In this document: positions 46,135 to 53,885 of the stretch, piece after piece
How the letters are laid out: each line of letters begins with the position of its first letter
Numbering within the stretch: the first letter of the stretch is position 1
Source of the DNA: Omnitrophica WOR_2 bacterium GWF2_43_52
GTDB taxonomy: Bacteria > Omnitrophota > Gorgyraeia > Gygaellales > UBA12090
NCBI GenBank assembly: GCA_001805445.1
Contig: MHGF01000034.1
Location: 102,451 to 166,450, forward strand
Length of the DNA: 64,000 nucleotides
Direction: 5' to 3'
Made by a program: the position numbers and the translations under genes
The notes under the pieces: generated by a model
What the model saw: only the letters and a program-made list of their open reading frames with translations
Told to the model about the DNA's origin: nothing
The model's database searches: none

Positions 46135-48166
46135 AAAAGCTCGTTGTTTTCTCCATCTTTATTATCTTCGCGGTTATCTCTTCAGGCTGTAATACTGTTA
46201 AAGGCGCAGCAGGCGGTCTTGCCAAGGATGTTTCAACGACGTGGGAAAAGGCAAAAAAGGCTGATGACTGGCTGCAAAAGAACGCCTGGTAGTATTTATC
46301 CGCTCTATTTCTAAAATAGCCCTCTTTTTTAAAGGCGCGCAAAGGTGCAGCGCTTAAAAAAGAAGGATACGCTATTTTTTCATTCCTAAGATATGCCTTT
46401 TCTGCCCTGTCGTCTAATCGGTAGGACATCAGATTCTGGATCTGAGTATTGTGGTTCGAGTCCACACGGGGCAGCCAATGTTGACAACTGGCCGAATCAC
46501 CGCTTAGCGGTGCAGTAGGCACAAGCGCCTTACAGGCTTCTGTAGGGCGCTTTTCTTTTATGGTGGGGATTATCTTGGGGAGGATATCCTCAAGCGGCTC
46601 TTCAATATACATATTGATTATTAACCTGTCATTATACACGAGGATATCCTTGATCAGGGCTTGTATGAGGCTTTTCTGGGCTTCCGGAGGGGCCTGATCG
46701 ATATATTGCATGGCAAAGGCTATGTTCCGGTGCAGAAACTCGCCGGAATGGGCATTCATGCTGGTGACTCTCTTCTGGGCCTGCAGTTTGTCTATCTCAT
46801 CTTCCAGCTTCGCAATCTCCAGCTCCAATTCATTCATTTTATCCTTATAGGTCGAGCCTTTGGCAACCGTGTTGCCCATGGCCAGCTCCAGCAGCTTATT
46901 GGCCTGGTGCCGGAAGGCATTCAGTTTCGTTTCTTTTTCTTGCAACTCGCTATCGATTTTCTCGAGCTTCACCTGCGACTCGAGAATGGCGTCTCCGATG
47001 GCTTTTATGATGATGCTCTGGTCCCTGGATGCGCGCTTGAAATAATCGATTATGGCCTTGTCGAAAGTAGTCGCGGATAAGCGGGCATTGGAGCATCCGA
47101 GAGCCTGTTTGGCGCGGCTACAGTCATAGTAAAAGAACTTCTTATTGCCTCTGCCATTGGTGAAGTTACAGACCATATGGCTTCCGCACTCGCCGCACTT
47201 GATGATCCCGGCAAGGAGGTATTCGTAGTATCTTTCTTTCTGCACGAAGTTGTGGCCGGGAAGCCTTGCGCTCAATATCCTGTTGGCTTTTTCCCACAGC
47301 CTTTCGTCGATAAGTGCTGGATGGTTGCCCTTGTGGTACTCTTCACTGTATTGGATGTATCCTTTGTAGAAAGGATTTTTTACAATCCTCGAGATGACCT
47401 GTCTCCGCCATTCCTTGCCGTTCATTGTTTTTAGCCCAAGCTTATGCAGTTCCAATCCTACCTGCGTGAGCGATTTGTTATCCGCGGCCATTTCCCAGAT
47501 GACTTTGAGGTACGGAGCAATTTTCTCGTCGAATACTATCTTGTGAGGCTGGCGTCCGTTAGGCAGGGGTGCGCCGTCCGGTATAAGCGTATATCCATAA
47601 GGCACCCTGCCACCAACCCATTTGCCCTGCCGCACACGCGCGATAGCAGAAGCTTTCACGCGCTCGCCGGTTAGCTCTCGCTCAAAGGCTGATAAGATCC
47701 CGAGTATACCAATTACCACTCTGCCTATGGCGGTTGAGCTGTCGAGGTTTTCTCTTACCGAGACAAAATCGATTTCATTTTCCCTGAATAGGTCAATAAG
47801 CCAGTAAAGGTCCCGGGTATTGCGGGTCAAGCGGTCGAGACGGAAGAAGATTATTCCGTCAAACGGCGCTTTTTTACGTACGTGGTCGATAATCATCTGG
47901 ATGCCGGGCCGGTTGAGGTCTTTGCCGGAATATCCGTCATCATTCACTATGCCTTTGTCGCCGATCTTGGCAAGATCGTGCCCAAAAGCGTCGAGCATGT
48001 TTTTGCAATGATGGGCCTGGGCATCAAGGGTCGTGAAGTCGCCCTGGGCCTGGTCGTCGGTGGAACAGCGCGTATAAATCACATATCGTTTCTTTTCGGA
48101 TTTTTTGTCTGGCGTTACCACAAGAGCTCCTTGTTTTACAACAACCCCTATAACAAAACGCTTCAC
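46118..48166 (-). CDS. Large serine recombinase (integrase); last ~119 codons are host antisense DNA
   Basis: YTRCST catalytic Ser, SGKDLNRP, RLDRLTR, recombinase domain, CGECG Zn ribbon, coiled coil. Confidence 0.92.
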   Translation of the reverse strand: MKRFVIGVVVKQGALVVTPDKKSEKKRYVIYTRCSTDDQAQGDFTTLDAQAHHCKNMLDAFGHDLAKIGDKGIVNDDGYSGKDLNRPGIQMIIDHVRKKAPFDGIIFFRLDRLTRNTRDLYWLIDLFRENEIDFVSVRENLDSSTAIGRVVIGILGILSAFERELTGERVKASAIARVRQGKWVGGRVPYGYTLIPDGAPLPNGRQPHKIVFDEKIAPYLKVIWEMAADNKSLTQVGLELHKLGLKTMNGKEWRRQVISRIVKNPFYKGYIQYSEEYHKGNHPALIDERLWEKANRILSARLPGHNFVQKERYYEYLLAGIIKCGECGSHMVCNFTNGRGNKKFFYYDCSRAKQALGCSNARLSATTFDKAIIDYFKRASRDQSIIIKAIGDAILESQVKLEKIDSELQEKETKLNAFRHQANKLLELAMGNTVAKGSTYKDKMNELELEIAKLEDEIDKLQAQKRVTSMNAHSGEFLHRNIAFAMQYIDQAPPEAQKSLIQALIKDILVYNDRLIINMYIEEPLEDILPKIIPTIKEKRPTEACKALVPTAPLSGDSASCQHWLPRVDSNHNTQIQNLMSYRLDDRAEKAYLRNEKIAYPSFLSAAPLRAFKKEGYFRNRADKYYQAFFCSQSSAFFAFSHVVETSLARPPAAPLTVLQPEEITAKIIKMEKTTSFFIHLL
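46131..46292 (+). CDS. Small entericidin-like lipoprotein (not in ORF track)
   Basis: MKKLVVFSIFIIFAVISSGCNTVKGAAGGLAKD...DDWLQKNAW; lipobox SSGC; SD aaggaggtg. Confidence 0.75.
   Translation: MKKLVVFSIFIIFAVISSGCNTVKGAAGGLAKDVSTTWEKAKKADDWLQKNAW
46403..46477 (+). tRNA. tRNA-Gln(CTG), prophage attachment locus
   Basis: tgccctg...ttctgga loop...ggttcgagtcc...cggggca-g-cca. Confidence 0.95.
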
Positions 48167-48220
48167 AAGTCAAGCGATATCAATGGGGTCTTTAGGGCTT
48201 AGAATATAGGCATCTACTGT

Positions 48221-48252
48221 GTGTATATCGGTTTTTTTCGTGATTTGTCACA
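48221..48252 (-). promoter_or_regulatory. Bipartite motif copy 1, facing integrase
   Basis: TGTGACA-N14-CCGATATACAC on minus strand. Confidence 0.7.
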
Positions 48253-48259
48253 GGGGAGG

Positions 48260-48291
48260 TGTGACAGTTTTAAAGAAAATCCGATATACAC
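48260..48291 (+). promoter_or_regulatory. Bipartite motif copy 2, facing the sigma operon
   Basis: TGTGACA-N14-CCGATATACAC. Confidence 0.7.
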
Positions 48292-48309
48292 GTTTTAGAG
48301 GTGAGCGAT

Positions 48310-48531
48310 ATGGGACAGCGGACAAGAATTAATTTCGATAAGCGATTCGGAGGCCGGATCCGTGTGGTTTACGCGCAAAAAACTTCCGCACTAGATAAAC
48401 AACTCCAGAACGGAAAACTCTGCAAGGCGATAATAAAAGTCTTATCCGGCATTTTGGGCAGAGAACCGACACAGAGAGAGATCCTGGGATTGGACGACAT
48501 TTCGAAATGTAGACTAAAAAAGCACAAATAA
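48310..48531 (+). CDS. Small basic phage protein
   Basis: SD gaggtga then ATG; ...LGREPTQREILG. Confidence 0.6.
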   Translation: MGQRTRINFDKRFGGRIRVVYAQKTSALDKQLQNGKLCKAIIKVLSGILGREPTQREILGLDDISKCRLKKHK

Positions 48532-48616
48532 CTCTCTTTGGCCCCTCCGTAAGGTGAACCCATACACCCGGAAATTAGCTGAGCAATTTTCGGCTTGAAA
48601 ACCAAGGGGAGGTGTT

Positions 48617-49183
48617 TTGAATTACGGAGGGTTATTCGAAAGCTGGGAACTTGGTGTCGCAAAAAGAGTAATCAATGATTACAGGAGAGAACATAGAAGT
48701 CTGGCTCGGGAGGGATTCGATGACCTATTGCAGGAGTGCCTTATCCATTGGCTGGATGTCCGGGATCAATATGACCCAGGCCGCGGCGCCTCGAAAAAGA
48801 CATACATGGCGGAGGTCATCGGGAACGTGCTCGGACATTTGGCCGAGAAGACAAGAACGGATAAGCGAAAAGCGATTTACGAAAGCGTCTCGCTGGATGA
48901 GCCTCTTAACGATGATGAAGATTCTCCTACCTTAAAAGACAAGATCGCCCAAAGCGACGATGTCCTGCCGCAAATCAAGTCCGAACTCAAGATAGAACTT
49001 TCCAAGGCATTCCAGAAACTCACTCCCCAACAACAGAAATTGTGCAAGTTGCTCGGCGAAGAAGGCCTGACCATCACCGAGGCCTGCAGGCGGCTCGATA
49101 AGCACAGGATGATCGTTTACCGGGAGCTTGCCCGGATAAGGGAGCTTTTCGAGAAAGAGGGGCTCAAGGATTATTTGAAATAA
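48617..49183 (+). CDS. Phage-encoded sigma70-family sigma factor
   Basis: Region 2 DDLLQE..YDPGRGAS..TY, SLDEPL linker, region 4 LTPQQQ..GLTITE HTH; TTG start with SD ggggagg. Confidence 0.8.
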   Translation: MNYGGLFESWELGVAKRVINDYRREHRSLAREGFDDLLQECLIHWLDVRDQYDPGRGASKKTYMAEVIGNVLGHLAEKTRTDKRKAIYESVSLDEPLNDDEDSPTLKDKIAQSDDVLPQIKSELKIELSKAFQKLTPQQQKLCKLLGEEGLTITEACRRLDKHRMIVYRELARIRELFEKEGLKDYLK

Positions 49184-49196
49184 TTTTTGCAGGGGG

Positions 49197-49228
49197 TGTG
49201 ACACTTTTGGGAAAAACCCGATATACAC
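49197..49228 (+). promoter_or_regulatory. Bipartite motif copy 3, facing the replication operon
   Basis: TGTGACA-N14-CCGATATACAC followed by SD ggagg. Confidence 0.7.
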
Positions 49229-49245
49229 GCATTGGAGGCGAGTGA

Positions 49246-49522
49246 AATGACGGATGTATGCAAGTTTAAATTCCTTGAGAAGGTAGGCAAGAAAACGATC
49301 GAGAAGGAGATTGCCCGCGCCATCGAGACCGCGGAATACACCTTTGGCCAGGCCAAGGTGCGGCTTCACGCCGGGTATCTGGCCACGAATGACAAGGCGG
49401 TTATCGACGCATCGAGCGAGGTCGGCGAATACATCGCCCAGATATTCATTGGCCTTATGACCCGTAAGCTCGGCGAGGACAAGTTCACCGTGGAAAGAAT
49501 AAGGAGGAGCGACGAACTATGA
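49246..49522 (+). CDS. Phage hypothetical protein
   Basis: ORF MTDVCKFKF... after SD; start approximate. Confidence 0.6.
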
Positions 49523-49698
49523 AAGTCATAACAGGCTTAAAGAAACTCTACAAGGGCTTGAGCTGGTATAACCGCGACAGGCTTGTCGAAGCAAACCGGC
49601 CGTTTGGCAAGGATCCGAAAGAATTCATAAGGATGCTGATTTGGTTTCTAGCAATTCTATCTATCATCGGCATCGCTTTGGTCATCGGGAGGCAGTAG
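49519..49698 (+). CDS. 59-aa single-TM phage protein (not in ORF track)
   Basis: MKVITGLKKLYKG...MLIWFLAILSIIGIALVIGRQ; SD aaggagg; ATGA overlap. Confidence 0.6.
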   Translation: MKVITGLKKLYKGLSWYNRDRLVEANRPFGKDPKEFIRMLIWFLAILSIIGIALVIGRQ

Positions 49699-49701
49699 AG
49701 A

Positions 49702-49953
49702 ATGTTTGACGACGGCCAGGGAGATTTATTTCTATCCAAGGAAAAACAGCTTTTGAAATGGTGTAGGCAGAAGGGGGTTTTCTCAAAAGCCGAGGTTATT
49801 TCCTTTGGCACCAAGAATTATTATTTGCGGGCCGACAGGACAGTCAGAGATTTTGTCCGGCAAGGCATAGCGAGGAAGATCGGCAAGGACGAATGCATGC
49901 GGCGTAACCTCAAGGGCAAAATGGCCTGGTATGAATTCGTAAAGATATTATAG
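49702..49953 (+). CDS. Phage small protein, possibly winged helix
   Basis: ORF with SD ggagg; helix pattern only. Confidence 0.55.
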   Translation: MFDDGQGDLFLSKEKQLLKWCRQKGVFSKAEVISFGTKNYYLRADRTVRDFVRQGIARKIGKDECMRRNLKGKMAWYEFVKIL

Positions 49954-49959
49954 GGAATC

Positions 49960-50760
49960 ATGGCAAGGATCAGATACCTAAAACCGGATTTTTTCAAAGA
50001 CGAAGACATAAAAGAATTGCCTTATGAAGCGAGGCTGTTCTATCAGGGCTTATGGGTTCAGGCTGACCGGGAGGGCCGGGGCGAAGACAGGCCGGAGAGG
50101 CTCAAGATAGAAATCATGCCTTATGACCAGGTTGATGCCGAAAAGATAATGCAGCTTTTATCCTGCCCCAAGAAGAACGGTAAGAGGCCGTTCATAGTCC
50201 GTTACGAGATAGATGGCGAGAAATATTACCAGATAATTAACTGGCGAAAACATCAGAAGCCGCACAAGACCGAACGCGACAGCGATATCCCACCACCACC
50301 CAAAGAGCTTTTAACCGTTAGGCAACCGTTAACTAACGGTTATGCCACGAATATCTCAGTTGGGAATGGGGATGGGGATGGAGAAGGGAATGGGGAAGAG
50401 ATAGTTAATAAACAGGCCGAGTCAGCTGGCGCTGTTTCTCCTAAAACCAAAGAGTTATTGGATTCGGTATATAGCCAGGGATTCAATATTTACCAGCTCA
50501 TCAATAAATTCAAGAAGGACGCGCATTGGCGCAAGGACGAGAGCATCCCGGATGAGGTCTTGAACAAGATCTGTGAGCAGTACCAGAAAGATAAAGACAC
50601 TATCAGAGAGCCCTATCCCTGGTTTATCAAAGTCCTAAAGATGGAGAGCGCTTCTTATTTCGCCAATAAGAACATTGGGGAAAGCGCCAGGTTCAAGAAG
50701 GAAGGCATCGGGAAAATGGCGGATATATTGAGGCAAATGCAGGGACAGGCAAGCGATTAA
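49960..50760 (+). CDS. Phage replication initiator / replisome organizer-like protein
   Basis: MARIRYLKPDFF..E, RLFY.GLW..AD.EGR, W.KHQ N-terminal domain. Confidence 0.75.
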   Translation: MARIRYLKPDFFKDEDIKELPYEARLFYQGLWVQADREGRGEDRPERLKIEIMPYDQVDAEKIMQLLSCPKKNGKRPFIVRYEIDGEKYYQIINWRKHQKPHKTERDSDIPPPPKELLTVRQPLTNGYATNISVGNGDGDGEGNGEEIVNKQAESAGAVSPKTKELLDSVYSQGFNIYQLINKFKKDAHWRKDESIPDEVLNKICEQYQKDKDTIREPYPWFIKVLKMESASYFANKNIGESARFKKEGIGKMADILRQMQGQASD

Positions 50761-50773
50761 TGGAGGGTTAGCA

Positions 50774-51133
50774 ATGAGAACTGTAAAATGTCGAGATCTT
50801 AGCGATGCAGTCAACGGGCTTCAAAAGTATATTGATAGGATTTGGCACTCCTATCCGGGATTTACTGAGTCAAGCGGTAGAAGAAGATGGCTTAAGGCTG
50901 TGCCGGAAGATTCCTATGGTGAGGATAGATACAGGGTTGAATTATGGGTGCTTGAAGGGAGCCCAGTAAAGCAAATTGTGGTCATAAATCATACCATGAA
51001 AGAGATCTGTTGCCACGATGGTACGTTACATAAGGAGATTAGGTTTGTTTGGGATGTATACGATGAAGAGCGTTATGGGTCCTTCCAGAGGGGGCGTGCG
51101 GCGAGGGTCAGGCGAGGCGCACCCTGTCAGTGA
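50774..51133 (+). CDS. Phage hypothetical protein
   Basis: ORF with SD ggagg. Confidence 0.5.
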   Translation: MRTVKCRDLSDAVNGLQKYIDRIWHSYPGFTESSGRRRWLKAVPEDSYGEDRYRVELWVLEGSPVKQIVVINHTMKEICCHDGTLHKEIRFVWDVYDEERYGSFQRGRAARVRRGAPCQ

Positions 51134-51270
51134 TTGCGGGTTTGAAAAGTGATGTCGTGGTCATATGGGTAAAAGGCCGGGAAAGCGGCAACCAGGGGGC
51201 AAAACGCTTGAAATACGCTGTAAATAAAGGGGTTATGGACTAGTAATTCATATTCAAGAAGGAGGCGGCA

Positions 51271-52608
51271 ATGGCAAAAATCAACGTAAAACCGGACATT
51301 TTGGAAGTTAAAATGTCCGATTTAAAACCGGCACCTTACAACCCGCGGGAAATCTCGGACGAAGCCCTTGTGGGCCTGCGGCACTCGCTGGAGAAGTTCG
51401 GCCTGGTGGATCTTTTGGTAGTCAACAAGCGCAACATGCGTATCATATCAGGGCACCAGCGGTATAAGATCTTACAGCAGGAAGGCGTGGAAAACGTGAC
51501 CGCGATCATGGTGGATCTGGATGAGATTTCCGAGATGGCCATGAACGTGACGCTGAACTCCCAGGAGATCGTTGGATCCTGGACGCAGGCAATCATTCCG
51601 CTTTTGGAGAAGTTGCGCACCGAGGCTTCGGATGATTATCTTGCGCTTCGCATGAAGGAGTTGCGGGATGAGGTTTCGGAGTTCGAAGCCGAAAACATGG
51701 GAGCTGGTAAAACACTGCCTGATGATATTCCGGAGCCGCCGGAGAAGCCTGTTACCAAAAAAGGCGATCTGTGGATCTTGGGAGAGCACCGGCTTTTGTG
51801 CGGGGACTCTACTTGCGAAGGAGATGTCGCAAGGCTTATGGCAGATCAGAAGGCAAGCCTGTTTGCGACGGATCCGCCTTATTGCGTTGACTATACCGGA
51901 GCCGACAGGCCGACTGGCGGCAAGGATTGGTCCGATGTCTACCATGAGGTAGATATTCCGGATGCAAAGGAATTCATAAAGTCGTTTTATAAAGTGGGGC
52001 TCAAATATATAAAAGAAAACACCGCCTTATATTTGTGGCATGCTTCGAAGCGTAAGGCGATGATTGAAGAAGTCTGCGATGAATTGAAGTTGTTGCTTCA
52101 TCAGCAGATTATCTGGGTAAAGCCCTGCGCTATTCTCACCTATTCTTTTTACTCCTGGCGGCATGAACCGTGCCTTTTGATGTGGGTAAAAGGCCAGAAA
52201 CCGCCTTACCGGCCAAAAGACAAATCTATCGGAAGTGTCTGGACGGTCGATTTACTGCGCTCAGGCGATCCAACGAACCCTGAGTATTATTCGGATATCT
52301 GGGAACTGGACTGGGAAGGCAAAAAAAGAAACACCGGAATCAAACATCCTACGGTCAAACCCACGGAGGTATTCGCCATTCCCATGAGGGTGCATACCGC
52401 GCCGGGCGATATCTGTTATGAGCCGTTCTGCGGTTCGGGCTCGCAGATTATCGCCGGTGAGCGGCTGAACCGCCGGGTGTTTGCTATGGAAATTGAATCG
52501 GTCTTTTGCGATGTCACAATACAAAGGTGGGCAGATTTTACAGGAAAAGACCCTGTTCGGGAAAGTGACGGGAAAAAGTGGAGCGAAGTTAACCAGGGAG
52601 AAAAGTGA
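51271..52608 (+). CDS. ParB-like domain + N6/N4 DNA methyltransferase
   Basis: PAPYNPR, SGHQR; HRLLCGDST, TDPPY, HPTVKP, EPFCGSGS. Confidence 0.9.
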   Translation: MAKINVKPDILEVKMSDLKPAPYNPREISDEALVGLRHSLEKFGLVDLLVVNKRNMRIISGHQRYKILQQEGVENVTAIMVDLDEISEMAMNVTLNSQEIVGSWTQAIIPLLEKLRTEASDDYLALRMKELRDEVSEFEAENMGAGKTLPDDIPEPPEKPVTKKGDLWILGEHRLLCGDSTCEGDVARLMADQKASLFATDPPYCVDYTGADRPTGGKDWSDVYHEVDIPDAKEFIKSFYKVGLKYIKENTALYLWHASKRKAMIEEVCDELKLLLHQQIIWVKPCAILTYSFYSWRHEPCLLMWVKGQKPPYRPKDKSIGSVWTVDLLRSGDPTNPEYYSDIWELDWEGKKRNTGIKHPTVKPTEVFAIPMRVHTAPGDICYEPFCGSGSQIIAGERLNRRVFAMEIESVFCDVTIQRWADFTGKDPVRESDGKKWSEVNQGEK

Positions 52609-53219
52609 TGTGCAGATTAGATGTAAATGACAAATACAGAAAATTCATAGGTGAAATAGACCTGCATGCTTACGCGGACAGATACAAAGATATTTTAGAC
52701 TGGGTTACGGCAAGAGCCAATCTTCCGGAGAGAATATCAAAAATCATCACAGATTATTATTTCGATGAGCTGTCCACGCTGAAAACTGTCAGCAGAAAGC
52801 ATAATGTAACCCCGGAAAGAATCAGGCAGTTATTATGCAAGGGCGTCCGGATGATTGGGCACTCCCCGAGAAAAGAAAGGCTGATTTGCCATTTGGACAG
52901 CAATTATGAAGCGTTGCTACGTGAGCGCAAAGAACTGGAAAAATCCCTCAACGAAGTGAACATAAGAATCGGGACGTATCATAAAAAGTATTTTCTGCAT
53001 CGGCATAATGAAACAGATATATCCACTCTGGAGACTTCGGTTAGGACAGCCTGCTGTTTAAAGACTTTAGGAATAAGAACAGTCTCAGATTTATGCGGAT
53101 ATACGGAAAAAGAACTGTTGAATGTGAGAAACTTTGGGAAAAAAAGCCTTTTGGAAATTAGGGAGATCTTATTTTCGATGGGGCTGTCTTTAAAGCAACC
53201 ATACATCGGAGATATTTAA
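52605..53219 (+). CDS. sigma region-4 HTH / RNA polymerase alpha-CTD fusion protein
   Basis: LPERI..I..Y...TL..V....VTPERIRQL; then LETSVRTACCLK..GIRTVSDL...TEKELLNVRNFGKKSL.EI..L...GLSL. Confidence 0.8.
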   Translation: MMCRLDVNDKYRKFIGEIDLHAYADRYKDILDWVTARANLPERISKIITDYYFDELSTLKTVSRKHNVTPERIRQLLCKGVRMIGHSPRKERLICHLDSNYEALLRERKELEKSLNEVNIRIGTYHKKYFLHRHNETDISTLETSVRTACCLKTLGIRTVSDLCGYTEKELLNVRNFGKKSLLEIREILFSMGLSLKQPYIGDI

Positions 53220-53885
53220 ATGGCAGAGCAGAATAAGAAACAAAACCTGGCAGAGATTGCCCGCAAGAAAAGGCATCTTTATTTGATCGAGAAGATGCAA
53301 AGCAGAAAACCTTTGACCGCCCAGGAGATTGCCGAGCTTGAGCAATTCGAGGCAGAACCATTGGGGCCTGCGGTCGTAAAGACAATGGAGGAAGTTGCCA
53401 AGGTCATGGACGTTGCCTACAGGACTGTCCAGCGCTGGAAAAAAGACGGCATGCCTACCACCAAAGAAGGCTTTTATGATCTCGATGAAATCAAGGTCTG
53501 GCATGAACAGCGCAATTTAGATCAGGCCGAAGACCGGGCCTATTGGAATACGAAGATACTGAAACATAAGGCAACTTTGCTTGAGATGGAGGTCAAGAAA
53601 GCGACTTCTGAATTGATGCCCCGGGAGGAAGTGGAGAGAGGCCGGATTGCAAGGATCATTGCCGTTAAGAGGTCCTTCCTTGCCCTGCCGACGAGGATGG
53701 CCCCGGTTTTGGCCATGAAAGAACCAAGGGAAATCGAAGCCGAATTATACCAGGCAATAATAGAAATCATAGAGGAGTTTGCCAGAGATGACGATAGTGA
53801 TGACCCAAGACAGGAAAATCTGGACGCCGCAGGAGAAGCAGGAGTGGAAACCGCCGGAGAAGATAACAGTCAGCCGGTGGGCTGA
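53220..53885 (+). CDS. Terminase small subunit (Nu1-like)
   Basis: HTH VA....V..RTVQRWKKDGMP, YDL.EI..W; precedes terL. Confidence 0.8.
   Translation: MAEQNKKQNLAEIARKKRHLYLIEKMQSRKPLTAQEIAELEQFEAEPLGPAVVKTMEEVAKVMDVAYRTVQRWKKDGMPTTKEGFYDLDEIKVWHEQRNLDQAEDRAYWNTKILKHKATLLEMEVKKATSELMPREEVERGRIARIIAVKRSFLALPTRMAPVLAMKEPREIEAELYQAIIEIIEEFARDDDSDDPRQENLDAAGEAGVETAGEDNSQPVG

Noticed and set aside
48246-48266. CRP site suggested by TGTGA/TCACA
   Set aside because: Half-sites are in everted order and are better explained as parts of the two back-to-back bipartite motifs
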